The position numbers and the translations under genes were made by a program. From NCBI GenBank assembly GCA_937863565.1, contig CALMGJ010000013.1, positions 62,001-124,292 of the forward strand: 62,292 bases of DNA. Reading direction: 5' to 3'. Positions within the stretch are counted from its first letter, which is position 1, and each line of letters begins with the position of its first letter. Source of the stretch: an uncultured bacterium. Lineage in GTDB: Bacteria; AUK180. Shown here one piece after another: positions 55,617 to 62,292 of this stretch. Below the pieces are notes generated by a model, which saw nothing but the letters and a program-made list of their open reading frames with translations, was not told the DNA's origin and did not search any database.

Positions 55617-57506
55617 TCACTCACCGGCGCGCCTTCTATTTATCACATCGAGAAAAGCGTCCATTGTCATTGCCGCCATCTCGCCTTCTTTTCTTCCGTT
55701 CGGTTTAATGAGACCCGCCTTTTCCTCGTTCTCCCCGACTACGATGAAATACGGGATCTTCTGAAGACGGGCATCCCTTACTTTATAGCCGAGTCTTTCA
55801 TTCCTTCCGTCCACATAGGCCCTGATGCCTTTCTTCAGAAGTTCTCCGCATACCTTCTGAGCATAATCGGAGGTATTGTCGGATACGGGAAGCACTACGG
55901 CCTCTTTGTAAGAAAGCCACAACGGAAGGTCCCCTTTGTAATGCTCGAGAAGGACCCCGAAGAACCGTTCGATGGAGCCCAGAAGCGCCCTGTGTATCAT
56001 GATCGGTCTTTCCTTGTCGCCTTTTTCATTGATATATGAAAGGTCAAACCGCTCAGGTTCATTGAAATCGAACTGAATGGTGGTTGTCTGCCATTCCCTT
56101 TTCAGGGCATCCTTTATTTTGACGTCTATCTTCGGACCGTAAAAAGCGCCGCCGCCGCGGTCTATGGTGAAATCCATACCGTAGCTCTTCACAGCCGCGG
56201 TCAGAGCCGCTTCCGCGCGGTCCCACTCTTCCTTTGTACCGACAGCCTTTTCCGGCATTGTGGCCAGATAGACCTTGAAATCGGAGAATCCGAATTTTTT
56301 CAGGAAGAAGAGGTTGAAATCGAGAAGTTTCTTCACTTCCGTCTCAAGGTCATCGCGTACGCAGAAGATATGCGCATCGTCCTGTGTGAAACCCCTTACC
56401 CTGAGAAGGCCGTGAAGAACACCCGATTTTTCATACCTGTACACGGTGCCCAGTTCGGCATATCGGATGGGAAGTTCCCTGTAGCTTCTTAATTTTTCCT
56501 TGAAAACAAGGATATGGAACGGGCAGTTCATAGGTTTGACCAGATATTTATCCCCTTCGGGAAACTCCATCTCCGGATAGAGATTATCCCTGTAAAAATC
56601 AAAATGCCCCGAAATGGTCCACAGATGAGAACGGGCCACATGCGGTGTTGAAAGGAGTTCGTAGCCGTTCTCGAGATGCTCCTTTTTCCAGAGGTCTTCG
56701 ATACGCATCTTGGTATATGCGGCGCGCGGTTTCCAGATGATGAGGCCGGGGCCGACTTCCGGAGAAATAGTGAAAAGGTCCAGTTCCTTTCCGATCTTCC
56801 TGTGATCCCTCTCCAACGCTTCCCTGTAGAACGCGAGATAATCGTCCATCTCCTTTTTTGAGGGGAACGAGATCCCGTATACGCGCTGGAGCATCTTGTT
56901 CTTCTCGCTGCCCCGCCAGTATGCTCCGGCAACGGACATGACCTTGAAGCTTTTCGGGAAAGAAGTATCCGGAAGATGCGGACCGCGGCAGAGATCGAAA
57001 AAATCACCCTGGCGATAGATCGTGACAGTATCGTCCGCTATCTCTGAAAGTATCTCGACCTTATATTCATTATTTTCTTTCCTGTATATCTCTATTGCCT
57101 CGGTCCTTTTTATCTCCTCCCGAGTCAGCTGTATCTTCTGTGATACGATATTTCTGAATTCCTCCTCGATCTGTCCGAACTCCTCTTCGGTTATCTTGTG
57201 CTCCATATCTATGTCATAGTAAAAACCGTTCTCTATGGAAGGCCCGATGGTGAGCTTTACGCCCGGATAGAGGTGCATCAGCGCCTGAGCCATGATATGT
57301 GCGGAAGTATGCCAGAGTATATCAAGTCCCTCGGGACTTTTCACAGTAACGGTCTCGGCCGTCATCCCGTCAGTGAGTTGAGCATAGATATCCTTTAAAT
57401 TCCCGTCGATCTTCAATGCAATGACATCCCTGTCAGTGAGGATGATCCTTCTGAGAGCTTCGGCGTTTTCAGCCGAGATCTCTTTTCCGTCAAGTACCAG
57501 CTTCAT
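55617..57506 (-). CDS. thrS: Threonine--tRNA ligase
   Basis: HTSAHIMAQA, DLCRGPH, RDHRKIG, KPMNCP, RVRGFTQDDAH, AFYGPKID, IHRALLGS.ERF. Confidence 0.98.
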   Translation of the reverse strand: MKLVLDGKEISAENAEALRRIILTDRDVIALKIDGNLKDIYAQLTDGMTAETVTVKSPEGLDILWHTSAHIMAQALMHLYPGVKLTIGPSIENGFYYDIDMEHKITEEEFGQIEEEFRNIVSQKIQLTREEIKRTEAIEIYRKENNEYKVEILSEIADDTVTIYRQGDFFDLCRGPHLPDTSFPKSFKVMSVAGAYWRGSEKNKMLQRVYGISFPSKKEMDDYLAFYREALERDHRKIGKELDLFTISPEVGPGLIIWKPRAAYTKMRIEDLWKKEHLENGYELLSTPHVARSHLWTISGHFDFYRDNLYPEMEFPEGDKYLVKPMNCPFHILVFKEKLRSYRELPIRYAELGTVYRYEKSGVLHGLLRVRGFTQDDAHIFCVRDDLETEVKKLLDFNLFFLKKFGFSDFKVYLATMPEKAVGTKEEWDRAEAALTAAVKSYGMDFTIDRGGGAFYGPKIDVKIKDALKREWQTTTIQFDFNEPERFDLSYINEKGDKERPIMIHRALLGSIERFFGVLLEHYKGDLPLWLSYKEAVVLPVSDNTSDYAQKVCGELLKKGIRAYVDGRNERLGYKVRDARLQKIPYFIVVGENEEKAGLIKPNGRKEGEMAAMTMDAFLDVINRRRAGE

Positions 57507-57514
57507 ACTGTCTC

Positions 57515-57952
57515 CTATTTCATGAGCGCGCTTACTAAGGGATACACGATATGCGAGCCTTCTATCGTCCTTTTCATAAATCCGAACTCCTCCTTGAGCA
57601 TCACCGCGAACGAGAAGATAAGGAAAGCGATGATCAAACCGAAACCTCCTCCGAGTATCGAATCGAGGATCTTAAGCGGTGTATTCGCGATGAACTGTTT
57701 GAGAAGGAATGTGAGCAAACTTAGAACCGCCAGAGCAAAAGTGAATGTTATGGCATATGAAAGACCGCCGGCCAGGGCGGGGTTCAAATTGAAATTGAAT
57801 ATGCCTCTGACCTCATCCCCAAGATAGATCGCAAAAAAGATCGATCCGAGAAGCGCGAGCACGGGCAATACAACCCCCGATATACCCTTTTTATAGAATA
57901 CGGCAATCGATATGAGCAGAATAAGGCAGCAGCCTATATCAAATAAATTCAT
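57515..57952 (-). CDS. cvpA: CvpA (colicin V production) family membrane protein
   Basis: MNLFDI, KKG, LDSILGGGFG, 4 TMs; start ATG 57952. Confidence 0.8.
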   Translation of the reverse strand: MNLFDIGCCLILLISIAVFYKKGISGVVLPVLALLGSIFFAIYLGDEVRGIFNFNLNPALAGGLSYAITFTFALAVLSLLTFLLKQFIANTPLKILDSILGGGFGLIIAFLIFSFAVMLKEEFGFMKRTIEGSHIVYPLVSALMK

Positions 57953-59096
57953 GGATTCTGCCTTCCAGCAGCCGCAGATATTCGTCATATTTCGAAGCGG
58001 GGAAAAGGCAGCCCGCCGCGCGGGGATGGCCTCCTACAGAAATGTATTTGAAATTCTCCCCGATCCCGAGAAGGAGCTTTATCAAGTTCACATCGATCTT
58101 CTCGCCCTGCCTTATCTCCCCGGATATCTCATCATCGAACTGATTGAAGATGTAGATGATCTTGTCCGGATGGTCATCCTTGAGACGGCTTGCGATAACG
58201 CCGAGTATATAATGCGGAGTATTGATCCTGTAGACGAGCAGCGGGATATCTTCGTATATCTTCGCTTCATCCTTTGCTCCATCGTAGATCTTCTCGATAT
58301 CGCTTTTCAATTCCTGCCTTTTTGAGAAAAGAGAGGCGGCCTCCTCCTCGTTCGAATATACGAACGTGTAATCGTTCTTTTTCATTGCCTTTTGAAGTAC
58401 CTTGAATGAAATATTGTCTTCCCCGTTCGGATTATGGAAAAAACCGGCATTTACGAAATAAACGAGTTTCTCAAGAAGGTTCTTGTAATCCTCGTTCTCT
58501 ATCTCTTTGAGAAGTTCGGGAAACTTATCTCTGATCTCGTTCTTCAGCTCTTCATATTCATCGAAGGCATGATCTCCGCGCAATCCGAGGGCGGCCAGCC
58601 AGGGGTAATCGTTCTTAGAGAAATGTTTGAAGAGCGAATATCCGAAATAGGCTGCGGGATGCCAGATACGGGGTATTCCCAGCATTCTGGCGTTCAAGTA
58701 TTCGATCGATCTGGGAATGGCGTCCTTATAGGATCCGTCAATATTATGATGATCGTAGATGAAGACATTGTCTATCACATCGGCCCAGTGTTTAAGCGTC
58801 TCCGGTTCCTTTCCCAGATCAAGGTCGGTCACGAGGAGAACATCCGGCGCAAGATGATCTATCAGAGCCTTTTCGTTCTTGAGCTTGTAGGATTTCGTGG
58901 AAACCCACAGTATCTCATCAGGATACCTTCCCCGTATCTCCTTTACTGTTTCAGCGATATATAAAGCGGAAACGACGCCGTCGCAATCGCCGTGATGCAT
59001 CAGGACGACTTTCTGGCCGTGTCCGATCTTCTTAAAAAATGTAATGGCCCTTTCGACCATCTCTTCCCAGTTAAGGTAGTTCCATTTGACCATCAT
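57939..59096 (-). CDS. DHH-family phosphoesterase (DHH + DHHA1)
   Basis: HHGDCDG, TDL, DHH, GD, GGHPRAAG; start ATG 59096 or 59093 after AGGTGG. Confidence 0.88.
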   Translation of the reverse strand: MMVKWNYLNWEEMVERAITFFKKIGHGQKVVLMHHGDCDGVVSALYIAETVKEIRGRYPDEILWVSTKSYKLKNEKALIDHLAPDVLLVTDLDLGKEPETLKHWADVIDNVFIYDHHNIDGSYKDAIPRSIEYLNARMLGIPRIWHPAAYFGYSLFKHFSKNDYPWLAALGLRGDHAFDEYEELKNEIRDKFPELLKEIENEDYKNLLEKLVYFVNAGFFHNPNGEDNISFKVLQKAMKKNDYTFVYSNEEEAASLFSKRQELKSDIEKIYDGAKDEAKIYEDIPLLVYRINTPHYILGVIASRLKDDHPDKIIYIFNQFDDEISGEIRQGEKIDVNLIKLLLGIGENFKYISVGGHPRAAGCLFPASKYDEYLRLLEGRIHEFI

Positions 59097-59112
59097 TCCA
59101 CCTATAGCATTT

Positions 59113-59141
59113 ATTTTATACTTTTTTCCAATAATTGTCAA
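59113..59141 (-). promoter_or_regulatory. sigma70-type promoter of DHH-cvpA-thrS
   Basis: TTGACA-N17-TAAAAT. Confidence 0.75.
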
Positions 59142-59163
59142 GTTTTTAATGGGATCGAGCGTA

Positions 59164-60561
59164 TTAGACGGAAGGTTTGCCTGATATTTTCCCGGATTGG
59201 AGAACACCCTTTGGAAAAGTAAGTTCCACCACTGTCCCTGATCTTTTCCGGACAGATACTTTTAGCGTACCGCCGAGTCTTTCCATCGTTTTCCTTATTA
59301 TCAGGAACCCGATCCCCCTTCCGGTTATTTCACCACCTGGAGCGCTCTGCGATATCAGCAGGTTCGCCGCAGATGGTTTCATACCGATCCCGTGATCGCA
59401 GAATACAATGATAATGCCCTTCTGATCCTCCTCAATATCAACGGTCATCATTCCGGATTTTCCGTGGATCACGGCATTGCTTACGATGTTCTCGAAAAGA
59501 GAATAGAGCGTTTCATCCGCAATAAGCTCCGCATCGCCTTTGATCCTGAACGGTATGTCAAAGTGTTTGAACGTATGTGCAATGGCCTTTTTCAGATCTA
59601 TCCTCTTTCTTCTCCTGTTTTTGGTAAGATACCTTTCGAGATTCCCTATCTTACCGATAATCTCCTTGCTCTGATCAATCTGTTTTACCGCATCCTTTAA
59701 AAGGGCTTTATTCCCGTTCTTGAGAAACATTTCGAGAGACATCTCGATCACGCTAAGTTTATTTGAGATATCATGCCCCAGTATCCTGTTCAAAAGCCTT
59801 GTCAGTTCGTTCAATTCCTCAAGCTGCCGGCGCAGTTTTTCCTTTTCGGAAATATCCCTTGAGATGTACAGCATCCCTGTAGGGCCTTTTCCCGGCTCTT
59901 CCAGAACGGCGCCGGAGATCTCAAAATCCCTTCTGCCCTTTCCGATCGTGAACAATTCAACGTTCATAGGCCCGATGGTCCCGGTCCGCATAAGATACCG
60001 GATATTTTCTTTCGTGAACAATTCCAGGCCCGGAGCCATGAAATCAAGGACCGATCTTCCGAGGATCTCTTTGCGGGATCGTATACCGTGAACCCTGAGG
60101 GTCGCTTCATTGCATTCGATGATCTTATGTTTCAGGTCCGTAATAATAACGCTGTCTTTACTTATTTGAAGAGCCTTATATATCATTGATATCTTCTGTT
60201 CTATAGCTTTCTTTTCCGTTCTGTCGACGAGCAGATTGAAAACACAGGGAAGACTCTTCCACTCGATAAGGAAAGTACGGGCCTCGAACCATCTCACTCC
60301 CCCGCTCTTCATGTTCATCCTGAATTCGCATGAAAAGTCCGATGTGCTCTTGACGGCATTTATCTGCGCCCGTTCGAAGCGCTGTCTGTCGTCTTTATAA
60401 ATGACCGAATACAGGTCTTTGCCCGGCTCCTTTCTGTTCCTATACCCTGAGAGCGCAGCGAATTTCTCATTTACAAACACCGGAATACCGTTTCTCGTGA
60501 TCAGGATACCGTGCGGGATCTTCTTGATGATCTCGTAATAAGACTTTTTTTTGTTTTCCAT
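59164..60561 (-). CDS. Soluble PAS-PAS sensor histidine kinase
   Basis: Two PAS/PAC domains, H-box LGHDISNKL, N-box NIVSNAVIHG, DHGIG, GRGIG. Confidence 0.9.
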   Translation of the reverse strand: MENKKKSYYEIIKKIPHGILITRNGIPVFVNEKFAALSGYRNRKEPGKDLYSVIYKDDRQRFERAQINAVKSTSDFSCEFRMNMKSGGVRWFEARTFLIEWKSLPCVFNLLVDRTEKKAIEQKISMIYKALQISKDSVIITDLKHKIIECNEATLRVHGIRSRKEILGRSVLDFMAPGLELFTKENIRYLMRTGTIGPMNVELFTIGKGRRDFEISGAVLEEPGKGPTGMLYISRDISEKEKLRRQLEELNELTRLLNRILGHDISNKLSVIEMSLEMFLKNGNKALLKDAVKQIDQSKEIIGKIGNLERYLTKNRRRKRIDLKKAIAHTFKHFDIPFRIKGDAELIADETLYSLFENIVSNAVIHGKSGMMTVDIEEDQKGIIIVFCDHGIGMKPSAANLLISQSAPGGEITGRGIGFLIIRKTMERLGGTLKVSVRKRSGTVVELTFPKGVLQSGKISGKPSV

Positions 60562-60581
60562 GTATGATCCTTTACTTTTTG

Positions 60582-60610
60582 ATTATAGTGAATTATCAAT
60601 CAAAAGTCAA
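60582..60610 (-). promoter_or_regulatory. sigma70-type promoter of the kinase gene
   Basis: TTGACT-N17-TATAAT. Confidence 0.75.
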
Positions 60611-60635
60611 TTTAAAAAGCCGGATATTCAATCTA

Positions 60636-60664
60636 TTGATTTTTAAGTTCTTTTCAGATATAAT
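60636..60664 (+). promoter_or_regulatory. Divergent sigma70-type promoter
   Basis: TTGATT-N17-TATAAT, 7 nt before GTG 60672. Confidence 0.72.
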
Positions 60665-60671
60665 GTTTAAG

Positions 60672-62292
60672 GTGAGAAAATTTGCACTGATCCTCCTTGC
60701 TCTGATATGGATGCTGTCTTCTTTTTCAGCAGCAGGGATAAAGGAGGCAATGGACCTTTTCAAAGCCGACAGATTCGCGGAGGCGGAGAAACTGTTCCTC
60801 GATCTTGTCGGTCAGAATCCGAGGAATCTCATCATCTATCCTTATCTTATTAAATGCCTATATGAGAACAGTAAAAGCGATGAAGCTTTAAAATACCTCG
60901 AAATACTTGACGGGAATAATTCTCCTGCGGCTCAAAGACTGATCGATAGAGCTCTTTACTCGGAGATCCTGTACGAGAAAGGGGAATATTCCGGCGCGCT
61001 TCTGATGGCCGAGAACGGAATAGAACATTCGAAAGATGTGCAGAAAACGGCAAGGCTCGAGATACTCCGGGACCTGAGCAGACTGGCACTTGAGGACTTC
61101 GTCAAGGAAAAGGGCATCAGGATCGACCGCGGGAAATGGATGGGGTCCGCCCTGCTTCAATATTATATATGCGCCATCTATGGGATCAAGGATGCCATCG
61201 GGCGTTTTCCCGGAGCGGCGGATGACAACGAATGGGCAAGCACACGTGATAATTCAATGTCAGGATACCTCAAGGAGAGTTCAAGCCATCTCGATGAGCT
61301 TATGAAGAAGATGGATGGCGATTCGAAGGATATCGGGAAAGGAGATGAAGCGCTTTGCCTGGAAATGCTCGTTGAGAGAACTAAGGACGAGATCTGGCGG
61401 CTTACTTTGAGGGACAGCATCTCTAAAGCTGTCATCGCTAAAAGAACAAGGGCGGCAAAGACGTTCTTGAACGAATATAATGCGAAATTTCCCGGCCGGC
61501 CTTTGCCCGGAGCGGCGAACCTTATTCGTAAGGTAAGCTCAGAGCGGAACATTGCTGTCCTTTTGATCGTCTTTGTGATCTCTACCTCGGGTATTGCTTT
61601 GTTCTTCTTTTTAAGAAAGAAAGGGATCGGGATAATGATAAAACCGTTCAAGGGCAGAACCGCAGAAGATCGGAGATCAACAAAGGAAGAACAGGGCCCT
61701 GAAACGGTTTCGGCCGGTCCCGTGAAAACCGCAGAGAAGATCACCGAAGGGAAAGAAGATATCATCGTGAAACCGGAGAACGAAGGACCTGAAGCGCCTG
61801 CCGGACCGCTCCCGGAGATCCCCTCTGTAACCGTTGGAACGGGGGTCGTAAAAGAAGAAGAAGGATCATCTGTTCTTAAGGAAGAAGCAATAAACGGTGG
61901 AACGGAATCATCAGTTGAAGGACTTGAAAAACCGGTCAATGAGGAAATGCCTGCCGAAACCGTAAGCAAGGCACTCGAAAAAGAAGAATGCAAAAAATCA
62001 ACGGAAACTGAAGAACAGGCAATACTGCCTGCCGAAAAGCTCCGTGATGAAAAAGAAGGAATAAGCGCAAGCGAGGCGACCGGGGAATCCGGACCTGAAA
62101 AAAAGCCGGACCTTTTCGCGGTTGCCGATTCGCCGGATATCGGAGGATTGTTCGGAGAAGAAGGGAACGGGGTTAAGGAAAGAACTGTTGTGCCGGTGCC
62201 GGAAGCAGTCGGCAATATGCCGGAAGCAGGCGGCAATGTGCCGGAAGCAGGCGGCAATGTGCCGGAAGCAGGCGGCAATGTGCCGGAAGCAG
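60672..62292 (+). CDS. Type I membrane protein: signal peptide, TPR-like region, TM, acidic repetitive tail (partial; absent from ORF track)
   Basis: Manual translation MRKFALILLALIWMLSSFSAA...FAEAEKLFLDLV...IAVLLIVFVISTSGIALFFFLRKK..., open to the window end. Confidence 0.85.
   Translation, partial: MRKFALILLALIWMLSSFSAAGIKEAMDLFKADRFAEAEKLFLDLVGQNPRNLIIYPYLIKCLYENSKSDEALKYLEILDGNNSPAAQRLIDRALYSEILYEKGEYSGALLMAENGIEHSKDVQKTARLEILRDLSRLALEDFVKEKGIRIDRGKWMGSALLQYYICAIYGIKDAIGRFPGAADDNEWASTRDNSMSGYLKESSSHLDELMKKMDGDSKDIGKGDEALCLEMLVERTKDEIWRLTLRDSISKAVIAKRTRAAKTFLNEYNAKFPGRPLPGAANLIRKVSSERNIAVLLIVFVISTSGIALFFFLRKKGIGIMIKPFKGRTAEDRRSTKEEQGPETVSAGPVKTAEKITEGKEDIIVKPENEGPEAPAGPLPEIPSVTVGTGVVKEEEGSSVLKEEAINGGTESSVEGLEKPVNEEMPAETVSKALEKEECKKSTETEEQAILPAEKLRDEKEGISASEATGESGPEKKPDLFAVADSPDIGGLFGEEGNGVKERTVVPVPEAVGNMPEAGGNVPEAGGNVPEAGGNVPEA
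62196..62292 (+). repeat. 21-bp coding tandem repeat, at least 4.6 copies (VPEAGGN)
   Basis: GTGCCGGAAGCAGGCGGCAAT units at 62196, 62217, 62238, 62259 and a partial unit at 62280; first two differ by one base each. Confidence 0.95.

Noticed and set aside
61178-62278. 366-aa minus-strand ORF in the track
   Set aside because: Antisense shadow of the plus-strand gene starting at 60672, which has a promoter, signal peptide and TM
62196-62292. Possible CRISPR array
   Set aside because: Head-to-tail 21-bp units with no spacers, in frame inside a CDS; no cas genes
1-62292. Alternative genetic code or selenocysteine recoding
   Set aside because: Conserved genes end at the expected positions with TGA, TAA or TAG, and none needs read-through

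Overview
Gene-dense chromosomal segment of a diderm bacterium using the standard genetic code. The diderm call rests on LpxL-like, MsbA-like, LptF and Omp85 genes. Almost all of the roughly 48 genes are on the minus strand, in long operons with overlapping stop/start codons. Most content is housekeeping: thiL, nnr, obg, hslU, pdp, lysC, pdxJ, maf, a phosphohexomutase, uvrA, nadB, panB, putP, acpS, glyA, thrS and one tRNA-Asn. I saw no CRISPR array, integrase, transposase or rRNA. Most interesting observations: (1) a two-gene unit with its own promoter that couples a lone GspE/PilB ATPase to a 1486-aa soluble protein of two tandem [degenerate chemoreceptor hairpin + family-5 solute-binding domain] modules; (2) 7-8 transcription units whose start codon lies only 5-9 nt after a -10 box with no SD, suggesting pervasive leaderless translation; (3) a SPOR protein / STAS-anti-sigma kinase fusion / sigma54 activator cluster; (4) a PII protein with Phe51 coupled to a GAF-only protein; (5) an HExxH-peptidase/beta-propeller/Omp85 protein with two lipoproteins; (6) a 35-aa membrane peptide coupled to putP that is missing from the ORF track; (7) a tRNA-Asn with G1-C72. 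All functional calls come from motif recognition by eye; no database searches were run.
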